A stretch of 64,000 bases of DNA from the human T2T-CHM13v2.0 reference genome, Homo sapiens, in assembly GCF_009914755.1 (NCBI RefSeq), contig NC_060926.1; one strand, given 5' to 3'. Position numbers and translations under genes: made by a program. The notes under the pieces were generated by a model. It was not told the DNA's origin and ran no database searches. It worked only from the letters and a program-made list of their open reading frames with translations. Numbering within the stretch: the first letter of the stretch is position 1; every line of letters starts with the position of its first letter. Positions 12,340 through 25,110 of the stretch are shown here, one piece after another.

Positions 12340-12700
12340 TAATTACCTTTGCTACTACAGTGCCTTTGATGTATTTCCCTTAAGCATTTTTCACAGAGAT
12401 TTCCCATTAGGTACTCTCTCTTTCTCCTACTAGTCTGTGAGTACCTAGAAGACTGAATGTATGTTGTATTTATATTTCTAACTCTGAACCAGCACAGTTC
12501 CTGGCACTTGTTACTATGTCATTGGTACCTGTTAAATAAATGACTGACTATGCTGCATATGAATAGGCAATACATACAAATGGACTGGGATAAAGGTGTG
12601 AGCTTCTCAGGTGTAGGCTGGATGGTGTTATATTAATATTCTGGTTGCCTTGCCATGTGTTGGGCACAGAAAAAGTGCTCAATAAATACTCATTGAATGT
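12340..12700 (+). mobile_element. Two L2 3'-end fragments
   Basis: ctagtctgtgagtacc...cagcacagttcctggcac...aataaatga, then gggcacagaaaaagtgctcaataaatact. Confidence 0.6.
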
Positions 12701-12726
12701 ACTTCTTGACAAGACTTCAGCAGGCT

Positions 12727-12957
12727 GCTCACTGCAGCCTCAACATCCCAGGTTCGAGCCATCCTCCCAACTAAGCCTCCCGAGTAGCTGGTACTACAAG
12801 CATGTGCTGCCACACCCTGCTAATTTTTGTTTTGTTTTGTAGAAACAGGGTTTCTCCATGTTGCCCAGGCTTGTCTCAAACTCCTGAGCTCAAGCAATCC
12901 GCCAGCCTCAGCCTCCCAAAGTGCTGAGATTACAGGTGTGGGCCACTGTGCCTGGCT
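12727..12957 (-). mobile_element. AluJ lacking its 3' ~55 bp and A tail
   Basis: gctcactgcagcctcaa...ctcctgagctcaagcaatcc...gccactgtgcctggct. Confidence 0.9.
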
Positions 12958-14835
12958 CACCAAGTAAATTTTTAAAGGATATATTAATGTTAAAGTAAAA
13001 AGTATTCTGTAAGAGATTGGGAACTATTTTAAAAAGAGAGAGATTCTTACTGTAGTGAAAATTTGTATGTAGTTCCCCAAAGAATAAAATCAGCAAAATT
13101 CCCAGATGTGTTTTCAGGGTTCTTTGAGGATTTCTGATCCGAAGGAATTAGAAAGGTTAGAAAATATAGGTCTCTTCTTTAAAAAAGAAAAAAAAATATG
13201 CACAATTAACTCTAAAATGTTACTAGATGTTACAATCTCATTTGATAATAATATCAAAATAAAAATAAAACACATGCCCCTGTTTCTAAGCAAAACAATG
13301 ACAATGTTTTTTATATTAAACGACTTATATGGCTTATGCTATATAGAGAGTTTTTGCTAATGGAATTAAATGAATCATATTAAATACTTGTTAATGAATA
13401 AATGAATTTATTAAATAACCTAATAGATTTTTCCCTTTTTACTCCCAACATGTGCTATATATAAGGAAACTGAAATTCCCTTGCAATTTTACTGAGCTTG
13501 ATTTTTAATAGAATGTTGAGTGTACATCAGCATTCCTGGAGCAGGGCAAGGCAGTGAGGATCAATGAAGGTATCTTTAATTTATTCTATCAATTTAAAGC
13601 ATTCTAAAAATTCTAAACAAAAATGATAATTAACAACAGTGAAAAGCAAATGAGGCAAATTTAAGCATTCAGGACTGGTCTTTCTAATTTAGCGGCTTGT
13701 ACCTTTCTGACCTCTGCTGCTTTCCTCACTTGATATATTTATCTATTATTCATTTGTTTGGTTTCAGCCTGCCACTCAATCCGATCACACAATAATGTAG
13801 TCAGTGGATGTGGTGTCTCTGTAGAGCTCATGGTCTCCACTCCTTTTGAACATCTGTGAGAAGCCTGCTGCTAAAACATACCCGATTTAGAAAGGCAAAC
13901 ACTTCTCTTCCCCATCCTTCCCACTTAGATTTGGTTTCAATTTTATAATGAAAAGGCATCTGCAATAATTAAATTTAATAATTTAATCTCAGAATTAAAA
14001 TACGTATGTTCAAATCAGGTTATTAGTTAATGTAGACCCTTTCACCGATTTTAAAACAGTCTTTCATGGCTATTGATTTGACCACTTTTAACCTTCCTAA
14101 GCATTGAGTTCTGTTTCTCTGGACTTAAGATTGCCCCCTTGGTCCTGTAACATAAAACACCCATAATCTGGGCCTATATTATTTATTCAACCTATTTAAG
14201 GAGATTTTTTTAAAGGGTGAAAGTAATAGCACTTTAACTCATATGATCAAAACATGAAAAGTAATTATTTATACCCGTAGCTATGTCATGTTAAGCATTT
14301 TTATGTCAAAGAGTATCATCTATATTTGCCTGAAGAAAATGTGATGGAGATACTTAGCATCTTTCATTAAAGAGAAGTAATTAAATAATTCCCATTCTGA
14401 GAAGATGCTTTATCACAACATCCATGTCTAAGAAATTTACCTTGGATTCATTGTAAAGAAAACTAATGATCAAATGCACACGTATTTTTCAAGAATTTTA
14501 ATGAATGGTCTTGGCAAACAGTTTCTCTAGTCATATTTCAACTTCCTGCCATTTATTTTCTTGGATTGAAGCCTGTCAATTTGAAATGTATTGGCACTGT
14601 TGCACAAAATGAAGTTGGAGGATATTTCAGGAATGAAACCTAAATTCTGTAGAAAATATTGAGAGGATTATATTGAGTAAAGCCTTGTAAACAGTAGTAT
14701 TTAAACTGAACTAACAGACAATAGAACAAGAAAGTTAGAAGTTTGTGAAATTACTGTACGAAAGGCAGTAAGAAGAACTGAGTTATTAGAATTTGTCTCT
14801 TAATAATATGGGTTAACTGAGGAAAAAATGAGTAT

Positions 14836-15215
<380 letters not shown>

Positions 15216-15839
15216 TTAGGTACATGATTAAAGTAAACTCTGCTGGCATTAATGTGAAAATGAAAAACAATTCACCAGATGAATAGATAAGATAGGACCT
15301 ACCTATCCACAGGAGAATTTGGATATAAGCCATATCTGACATAAATTGTCTGTTTTAAACAGAAAATAAAATCACTTATTCAGATTCCCCCTTTAGTCAA
15401 TATTACCAGGGCTTTGGTTTCAAACTTCTTGTTGTGTTTCAAACAAGACACAGATGAGGGGAAATTAGTTAAAATGCATAGTGCAACGTTATGGCATGTT
15501 GTATATAGATAAACATTTATGCCATAACAATAAAAAACACTACATGGATATAGATTTTAAAAGTATATATATTTTTTGTCCTTAGAATCAAACTTCTGAA
15601 GGATAGGACCACATTTTATAGGTCTTATCTAATAAGTAGAGTAAACTACTTCAAGTGAATTGTGAACGAGTTAAAGAAGAAGAAATATTGAACATGACTT
15701 TTCTGCAAGTACAGCAGCAATTTGAATGTCAGCTGCAGCTTTTGCAAAATAAGCAAGACCATTTGCCCCTTGTTGCAGAGTAGTTGTAGAAAGGGGAAAT
15801 TTTGAAAAGAGAATAGAAAAGGTCATGGAGAGAGGGTTT

Positions 15840-15899
15840 ATGTGTGTGATATGTGTGAATGTGTATATGTGTGTGCGTGTGTGTATGTGTGTGTGTGTA
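15840..15899. repeat. Imperfect (TG)n microsatellite
   Basis: Read directly. Confidence 0.85.
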
Positions 15900-16495
15900 T
15901 CTCAGGGGATGGTGAAGACTGGGAAGAGAACTGGAATGGAAGAAATATTCCCTGAGGTGCTTCTTCTGTCTGCTGCACTTTGTATCTGAATTCTAAGGGT
16001 AGGCTATGTAATAATGTCTAACTTGCTAAAAAGAGAGGAAGAGACCAGTGGAAACTGAAAGCCAAGAAAAACCCCAAAGGGAAAAACAGATTTAAAAGCA
16101 TGAGGGATCAGAAGTATAGCTATTGGTGAACAGAAAAATCAGGAAAATATGGGGCCTGTCGTGCCATAAAGGCAAGATCCATCCTGAGACTTGACAGCCA
16201 TTTCTGGCCCATTTAAACTATATATAGCCTTTAGAAGCAACAGAAGGGTTCAGGTGACATAGTCTTGGAGTGAGTAAAGAATGGGTGAAATGGCCCTCTC
16301 AGCCCAGATGGATACTCTGCACAAAATGCAAATTGTCATGTATAAATCAAGAGTTTGATTTTTCTGATTGTTCAGGGAGTTTCTCTCACACAGCATTGTG
16401 GAAATACACATGAAGATGGAAATGCAAAGAGACAGGGATAAATGAATGATAAAAGAGCAACAGTGGTAGCAACACTGATCCTCAATACTCAGCCA

Positions 16496-16721
16496 TTTTA
16501 TGGCTGAGTAGTATTCCATGGTGTATATATGCCAGATTTTCTTAACCCACTTGTTGGTTGATGGGCACTTAGGTGGGTTCCACATCTTTGCAATTGTGAA
16601 CTGTGTTGTTACCAACAAGCATGTGCATGTGTCTTTTTCATATAGTGACTTCTTTTCCTTAAGGTGGATACTCAGTAGTGGGATGGCTAGATGGAATGGT
16701 GTTTCTACTTTTAGTTCTTTA
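16496..16721 (-). mobile_element. Isolated internal L1PB fragment (ORF2 C-terminus), no poly(A)
   Basis: Encodes FHLAIPLLSI...TCLLVTTQFTIAKMWNPPKCPSTNKWVKKIWHIYTMEYYSAIK (ORF 16250-16729). Confidence 0.9.
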
Positions 16722-17049
16722 GTTCTCAACCCAACAGTTGAGTCAGGAGGTCTTATACCTTAGAAACTGAATTTATGAGAGTACAGATAAACTCTGATAA
16801 ACTTTAATACAGCTTGTTAGAGCTTCTGCCTCTATCAGTAGAAGACCACCTTGATGAAAGTAGACAAAATAAGGACAAAACCAGCACTGGAACTAGGACT
16901 TTGTGTGAAGAGTGACTGCTCATTAGAAGAGAATCCTACATGAGAAGTAAGTGGTTGTCATTAATTATGTATGTGTTTACATCAATCATTTTAGAAAATC
17001 GCCATATATAATCCTCTATAGCATTTTTTCTTCCAAAGTTTATTCTTTT

Positions 17050-17693
17050 AATGTTTTTCTCTGAAATTAACTGTTATCCTTTTCTTTTAAAAATATTTTT
17101 TATTTAAATAATTTTTGAGGTAAAAGTGGTTTTTGGATACATAAATTCTTTAGTGGTGATTTCTGATATTTTAGTGCACCCATCAACCAGACAGTGTACA
17201 CTATACCCAATTTGTAGTCTTTCATCCCTCACCCACCATCCAACCTTCCCAGTCCATGATGTCATTCTTATACCTTTGTATACTCATAGCTTAGCTCCCA
17301 CTTGTAAGTGACAACATATGATATTTGGTTTTTCATTCCTGAGTTACTTCATTTAGAATAATGTCCTTCAGCTCCATCCATGTTGCTACAAAAAGACATT
17401 ATTTCATTCTTACGGCTGAGTAGTATTCCATGTTGTATATATACCGCATTTTCTTTATCCACTCATTGGTTTATGGGTACTTAGGCTGGTTCCATATTTA
17501 GAATGATGGCTTCCAGCTCCATCCAAGTTGCTGCAAAAGACATTATTTCATTCCTTTTTATGGCTGGTAGATACCAAGTAGTGGGATGGCTGGATCAAAT
17601 GGCATTTCTACTTGTAGTTCTTTAAGGAATCTCCATACTGTTTTTCCTACTGGTTATACTAATTTACATTCCCACCAGCAGTGAAAAAGTGTT

Positions 17694-17728
<35 letters not shown>

Positions 17729-18238
17729 ACAACCATACCAACATCTATTATTTTTTGGGTTTTTAAAATTATGGTCATTCTTGCAGGAGTAAGGTGGTAT
17801 CTCACTGTGGTTTTAATTTGCATTTCCCTAATAGTGATAGTGAGCATTTTTAAATGTTTGTTGGCTGTTTGTATATCCTCTTCTGAGAAACGTCTATTCA
17901 TGTTCTTTGCCCACTTTTTAATGGGGTTATTAGTTCTTTCTGTGCTGATTTCTTTGAGTCGTTTGTCAGATGCATATTTTGTGAATATTGTCTGCCACTT
18001 TGTGGGTTGTCTGTTTACATTCTGCTTTTTTCTTTTGCTGTGCAGAAGCTTTTTAGTTTGAGTAGGTCCCATTTATTTATTTTTATTTTTGTTTCATTTG
18101 CCTAAGCAACGAATGAATTCTTTGCCTAAGCCAATGGCCTTAGCCAATCCAGCTTCATTCTTCTACATGGGGCTTACCAATTTTCCCAGCAACATTTATT
18201 GAATAAGGTGTCCTTTCCCCAATTTATGTTTTTTATGC
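17050..18238 (-). mobile_element. 5'-truncated, internally rearranged L1PB
   Basis: L1PB 3' UTR (tagtggtgatttctgatattttagtgcacccatca), ORF2 remnant at 17659-18072, and 17-bp TSD ccaaagttt[a/g]ttctttt at 17033-49 / 18239-55. Confidence 0.88.
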
Positions 18239-18599
18239 CCAAAGTTTGTTCTTTTTTTCTATTATAATTTAAATATTGTCCTCTAAATCTGAAGTCAGAA
18301 AACTCCATTAAGTCATAAGATAAACATATCTGAATCTGAGTGAATACAAACGGATCACATGACCTATTATCTATTCATTCATTTATTCGCTCAACTGCTC
18401 ATTTGTCTATCCATTCAGCATATTTCTATTTCAAACATACAGTGTACCTAACACCAGAATATAAGTAATAATAAAATATCCTGCCTGCCCTGAGTCTGTA
18501 GATAAATCCAATATTTATTGAATACCAAGAGACCAGTGTCTTAAGAGAAACTTGCACAGAGTACTACCAGAACATGTTGGAGGGTTCTTAAGTTTGAAT

Positions 18600-19073
18600 A
18601 TTGAGATCTAAAGTTAATGTAGCTTAAATGAAATAATTTTTCTCATACCTCAATTCTGGGCACAAAATTGCAGGGCTGGTATGGCGGTTCCACAGTCTCA
18701 AGGTTCTAGTTTCCTTTTACCTGTTTTCTCTGCCATCACCAGTGTGTTGCTTAATTCACATAGTCCACAGTAGTTCTTTCCATCGTCCTCATTCTAGCCA
18801 GCAGGAAGGAGAAATTGAGAAAGTTGAAGGCACCCAGGATTCTCTTAAGAGAACAGCTCAGAAGATTAATCCATTCTTCAAGCCCATAGGCCATTGGCCA
18901 GGAATTAGTTTTATGGCCATACCTAGGGGAAAAATAAGTGAGGAATAGAAATATATTATTTTATATTATTTCTTTTTGGAGGCTATCCTTTTAGCTAAAA
19001 ATAGAAAGTTTTTATTGTTATGAGAAACAAGCAAATAATGGGCTGGAAGAAAGGTAACTAATAATCTGTACCA
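18600..19073 (-). mobile_element. MLT1J-like MaLR LTR
   Basis: cagggctggtatggcgg...ctagccagcaggaagg...cattggccaggaattagttttatggccatacctag...taataatctgtacca. Confidence 0.65.
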
Positions 19074-19954
19074 GAGAACCGGTTTCAGTGTGTGTTAATA
19101 GTTGGTTCTTCAAGCATGTTTTGGAGTTTGCTAAGTCAACAAACATGGGAAAATAGTGTTCCAGACGGAAAGAGGAGCATGTTCATTGAGTCACTGTGTA
19201 CCTAGACCTGAAACTGTCTTCTAGTATACCATTTATTTTCATACTTGTTACTCTTCAGAGGACTGAATAGGGATCAGCCCTGACTTGGGATAAATTGGTC
19301 CTCAAACAAGAACTCTTCCTCTTTTTGATAATGTGATATTACTTTGATGCTATAGAAGCAAAAATATTGAAGATATGTGTTCATGATTTTTGACCCTCTC
19401 TCCACCCTCTAAAGGAGAGTTCTTTGCCATCACTGCCAGGTTCCTGGGCTTCTAATATACTGACCAGAATACTGGGTAGAATTGCAGTGTGAAGACTTCT
19501 GCTTACATAAGAAAATGGAGGTCAATAATGGAAAAAAAGGCTAGAGGTGCTTTTGGAAACACAAAGATGAAAAATTTAGGGAATTGATTGTTTTAATTCA
19601 AAGGACATAAGAGAAAAATCTATCCAAAAAAGATTATAGAAAAAATTATCTCTATTATATGTAGTAGTATTCCTGGTTCCTCTTTTTGTTGCCTCTTCAA
19701 GACACCTCTAATTTATTTCTTTTGGATGCAACACTGCGCTGAGATGAGATTTGAAGTTGAGGTAAGAGGACATCATTTTGTTTGAAGGAATTAAGATATT
19801 ACTCTTGTTCAGTTTTTTTTAACTTTTAAAAATCAATAAGCTGAATAGATGGCTATCCACACAATGAAATCTTGGGTTCTAGACAGAAAGTCACATACCG
19901 AACTCTCTCCCCTGCCAAGTTTCCTAGAATCTTTTTTTTTTTTTTTAATGTTCT

Positions 19955-20186
19955 ACCCATTAACTCGTCGTTTACGTTAGGTATTTCTCCTAATGCTATC
20001 CATCCCCCATCTCCCAGCCCCATGACAGGCCCTGGTGTGTGATGTTCCCTGCCCTGTGTCCGAGCACCAACACATTACATGTATACATATGTAACAAACC
20101 TGCATGTTATGCACATGTACCCTAGAACTTAAAGTATAATTTAAAAAATCAGGTAAAAATAAATAAATAAACAACAACAACAAAAA
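19955..20186 (+). mobile_element. Short L1PA (L1PA5-7-like) with a 5' inversion (twin priming)
   Basis: 19955-20061 is antisense L1 3' UTR and 20062-~20186 is the sense 3' end with an A-rich tail. TSD aatgttctacc / attattctacc. Confidence 0.9.
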
Positions 20187-21829
20187 ATTATTCTACCTTT
20201 TGGTTTAAGCACTGACTGACTGATAATTCTTCAAAAAATTTTCCTATTTTTGAAGTGACTTAGTCTGTAACATTTTAGTGTAAATTAACATAAATTTAAG
20301 TTATCTGATGACTGAAGAAGTTACAGCCCCAACACAGAGGTGAGAAAACTCCTAACTAAGGGAAAATATTTGAAGTGTGGGGGGAGTAAAAGTATGGAAG
20401 TGATGAGATTAGGGTATCAAAGGCAGTTTCATCTATTCACTTTTATTGCCTAAGACTAACTCAACCACAATTAAAAATATAAATTTAGAAAGATGTTTCT
20501 TAAGGAATGCTTGCTTTAAAAGTAAAAGGCAATGTTTCTGACCAGAAAGACTATGTGTTTTTCTATATAATAATACTACTTAAGGCAAAGTTTTTGTTTC
20601 TGGGATAAATAAAAGACATTTGAAATATTATCTCTTGGTATAGTTTAGTACCAATTTTAAGCCTTTCAAGAAATAGGAAAAAGGTTAGAAAGGAATTGTC
20701 TTTCTACAAAAACCCATTTTTACAGGACAGATTTAAAAATTCATCATGTTTGTCAAAATATGACAATTATTTATCAAACTTGGTAGACTTCAGGACTGTT
20801 TGATCCTATTTCATTTACTTTCTGTAAGCCATCCCTCATCTTCTTTTGACAGATAAATACAAACACCATTTACAGACATAATTTTTCCCAGAGCAATCAA
20901 CATTGGATTTAATAATTTCCAGCGATTATTTTTTCCTTTTATTATTATTATTATTTTGGCCCTAATTCCAGAATATAATGGAACATAAAAGCAGGATTTT
21001 GTGGCAAGCCCTATTGGAGAGATATGTATAGTTCAAAGCCCTGGGGAGATGTCTAGTTTATAGAGCTCTTCCTTCCATTAACACTACCTGACCTTCAGTG
21101 TGGCCTCACCGAGTCCTCATGTGCCACAGATAACAGGCCTCAGGGTGACTAAGACTTCATAAACTACGAATCTTCAATAGCAGAAAACCCAAATTATCTT
21201 GTCACCATTTCCCACAAATGAAATAGAAGCCCAAGATAAGGACAATGACTGTTTCCTACAAGATGGCAGTGGTCTTTGTGTAAAGAATAGAAGCATAGCA
21301 TTCACTGGGTCTGACACCAACTGTGACAAAATTTTGCCCTTGTGAATGAAGTGCTTGTGAAAGCTGTGTCATGGTTGTTTTCTCCGCCATAGGCTGAATT
21401 CTCAGAAACACTTAGCCCTATTTTCGTAGGAGACAAAAATGCTGCAAATATAATATAATGTCTTATATAATGTCTTTCTCTAAGGAGCCAAAAGTATTTT
21501 GCAGCTGTTATTTAATTAACCTCACGCTATGCCTCTGAGGCAAGAAAACAGAATTACTATATATCCTACTTATCATAGTGAATTTAAATAATTTGCTGAT
21601 ACCATTTTTAAGGGGAAATGGTGGTGCAGGGAATAAAAAACATTTGTTGAGTTCTAGTCCATAGCCCTAATCATTAAGCCAGGCTGATTTTTTTGTAGGG
21701 TGATGTTTATAAACCTAGAGAAGAGACCCTATTCAGTTTACATTTAAAAAAAAATTCTTTCCCAAGTACAGCTTCCAAAACAGTGATTTTCACATTTTAA
21801 TTTGAGCACTTATGTACTTTAGCTTTTGA

Positions 21830-21997
21830 GCTTATTGCTTAAGAATACAGAAGAGTTTAAAAATGCAAAATGCTAGGGCCCTGTCCCATGAGATTCTGCT
21901 TTCATAGGTTAGGGATGGGGCTTAGGAGTTTGCATATGTTAAATATAACTAAGGTGATTCTGAGACTTGTGGTCTGGCCCACACTTTGAGATACTGC
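21830..21997. mobile_element. MER5-family MITE fragment
   Basis: aaatgcaaaatgctagggccc...aggtgattctgag...ccacactttgaga. Confidence 0.6.
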
Positions 21998-23009
21998 TCT
22001 ACAAGTCTTGAGTAATACATTGGTAAGACAGAGAAATTGACCCAATTTTTAGAACTTAAAAGAATCTCATTTCTTTGGAGAAAGATACTCTATATTATAT
22101 AAAAGTTTGAAATATAACACTTTCTTCAATTTTTGAAGGGTAAATCTGGATGTGTAAATTATTATGCTTTATTTATAAGTTTCATTTAAAAATCAGCTAA
22201 CATTTTAAATATAATTATTTTAAAACCAAACTTTCAGAAGCATAACCATAATGATTAAAAAAATTACATACTTCATCTTCCTCTTGAAGTTCAATGGTCC
22301 TTTTGCAGAGGCTTTAGGTAACTGGATTCTAGACTATCTAGAATATTTTATTTCTAGAAATACAAGAGACTAGAAAAGAAATTCAGGTGTAGTGTAGTGT
22401 AAAAGTTAACCCACTTCTGGTAGCATGAATCTGTTTTTCTTCTGTTGAGATGAAAATCAATGCAAATGTTTTCCCTTGGTTTTATCTTTTTGTTCAATTG
22501 GACCCACATAAGCACCTGAAATAGTTCAATAAAATGGAAAATTTAGCTGAAGCACTGAGTCAACAGATGCCACATTCCAAATTCCATGATGTGAAACTCC
22601 AGGATGTGAGATTTTACAGGGTGATTGTGGGAGACTGGAGGATGGCTGCATGATTCGCAACCCTTCTGCTGGCACGGAGGGTACAAAAGGATCACCGGCT
22701 CAATTTTGAAGGACAGTTTGGGGAGAGGGCTATTTTTGTTCTGCGACTCTCACATTCTCCCACAGGGGGATGAGGCACTTTTACCATTCCTCAAGTCAAG
22801 AGAGAGGTGATTTAAGGAGAAAGCAAAGACTTAATATGGACTTCTGACGGTTTGATGAACATCATAAGTGTGTAATTCTTACCTAGAAAATATTATGGGC
22901 AAGAGAAGGGCTGGCAAGGTTCTTTGACGGCCAGACTGTTTTCAGAGTAGCTGATCCTTAAGTCACTGTATGCTTGCCAGTCCTTGATAGCTTTTTAGTG
23001 TTTACCAGC

Positions 23010-23450
23010 TTATTAAATGTAAAGTGATATCTTATTTTTCGTTTTAAATTTCATGACCAATGAACTGAAGCACTAAGTGCTTGTTAGCATTTTCATACTT
23101 TTTTTTGAATTGCTTATTCATGTTCTTTGCCCATGTTTCACTGGGGTAACTATTTTTTCTATTCGTTGGCATAAGTTCTGGGTAGATTTTAGTGTATGTG
23201 TGTGCAGATAGCATAATCTTGTGTAATTCTTTGATACTTTCAGAAATTGCATATATAGTCTCCCATCTGCCAACGATTAACTTTGTCTGTGGTATCCTTT
23301 ATTGAATAGAAATTCTTAATTTGGAAACTATGAAATTTATTTTTTTTTGGTTTTTGCAGTTTTATTTCAGAAGTCTTCTCTTACCTAGGATACAAGGATG
23401 TATATCCATGGTTTTTCTCACTGAATTCAAATTAATTGCCTGTGATATAA
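23010..23450 (-). mobile_element. Old L1M ORF2 fragment
   Basis: ttgcttattcatgttctttgcccat...ttaactttgtctgtggtatcctttattgaatagaaattcttaattt. Confidence 0.6.
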
Positions 23451-24591
23451 GTTTATATTTATGCCAAGATACACAAGGTTACTTTTTTATCCTGCTTAAC
23501 TCTAGAAAATAATTAAGATTATCTAAGATAAAATAATTATATAATAAAGCCGCTGCTATAAAAATAGATACCTTTGAAATGTCAAAAACAGGGCAAATAT
23601 TTAAAACTAAGCTAGTATTTCCCAACAAAAGGTCAATGGATCACTTGCAGCATATTTATTTTGGATAGTCATTAAAAAGGCAGATTTAAAACCTGCTTAA
23701 TCAGAATCTCTTGCTGTAGACCCAGAAATCCTCATTCTTAATCTTTATTCATTTTAATTCTGGATGTATACTAAAAACTGTTTAATACTACTAATAGTAC
23801 TAAGTTTGAGTTTTAAATTTAGGTGTGAGCTTTTAGACTGCAAAGACTGAGAAAAACATTTACAGGTTATAAATTCTAATTAGGTGACATAAATAAATGC
23901 ATACATTGTTTAGGAGAAGCTTTTTCCTGGTTTTAAATTCTCAAAGGATATATTTCTATCCATGCTAAACCCGTATGAATCCTTTTGCCACAGACCCTGA
24001 ACAATATCAAGACAATCCCTTTAAAAAGGTTTTTAAAGAATATTCAGTGATGTTTTTCATGTGACCTTTGGTTGATTTAATCTTCAACAGAATGTGAGAG
24101 CAAAACATTCAAGTAACTGGATGAATACATTTTCACAAATGAGTTTGCATTTGTTTTTTTACACTGTATGGAGGTTAAGAATGACTGGAGCAAACAGTTT
24201 TCTTTTGTAAGGAATATTCTTGGTGAAGTAAAGACACTTAATAGTCACCAACGGCTCCTTCTCAATGAGAGCTTGGTTTAAATTTTTTCTATTGAGATGT
24301 AATGTTAATATTAACATTAAAAAAGTATTAGTGTTCAGTTAAAGGTCGCCTGGGTTTTGCATAATAATAGGAATATGGAAAAAGCAAATTTTAGTTGCCT
24401 GTTAGAAGACTATTTTTTTTTAGGATTCCTGAGATGCTCTTTCTATTCCAAAGCTGTCAACAGATGAAAACCTGAGAAACCCACGGCATTTACCTTGTTG
24501 TTAGATGTTCTACTTAAGGACTCATTTCTGATAACTTGTCAGAGTTACTATAATTTGTTTCATAAATACTTAGCACCAGTTCAGTATACTT

Positions 24592-24745
24592 GGAATCATG
24601 GAATTTTAGCATTAGGAAAACCCTAAAAGTTATCTAGCTCAATCCCCCATTTTATATGAGAAAACTGACAATCAAAGAAGTAAAATGATATGGCTTAGAT
24701 CATTTGTTTATTGGCAAAATTGGGACTCGAATTCAGGCTTCTTGA
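24592..24745 (-). mobile_element. MIR (MIR3/MIRc-like)
   Basis: atctagctcaatcccccattttatatgagaaaactga...gggactcgaattcagg. Confidence 0.7.
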
Positions 24746-24914
24746 AGCAAAATGAAAGAGAAACCTTTGAGACAAAATGCAAGAGAAAATCAAGGACAGA
24801 GCTTTCTTCATTCTGAATAAAACTGGACTTTGGACAATTCTTAGATTTTCTCCATGTTTGCCAACTTACAGAGAAGGGCAGAGAGGAATTAAGTGAGCAC
24901 TTCAGATGCATATT

Positions 24915-25110
24915 TTTTAAAATTTATTTTGAGATAATTTCTGGTTCACATGCAGTTATAGTGCAGAGGAGTAATACAGGGAGGTTCTGTGTACCTTTTA
25001 TCCAGTTTCCTCCAATAATAACATAAACCCAGAGTACAATATTACACCAAAGATAATGGTATTGATGCAGCCAAACTGTAGAATACTCCATCACCATAAG
25101 GATCTCTCAT
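24915..25110 (-). mobile_element. L1MC 3'-end fragment
   Basis: tttattttgagataattt...ttcacatgcagtt...taatacagggagg...tgtaccttttatccagtttcctccaat. Confidence 0.75.

Noticed and set aside
16250-16729. Longest ORF (159 aa) as a real protein
   Set aside because: The N-terminal half is L1 ORF2 C-terminus. The rest is chance read-through into flanking DNA, and the start codon is non-ATG.
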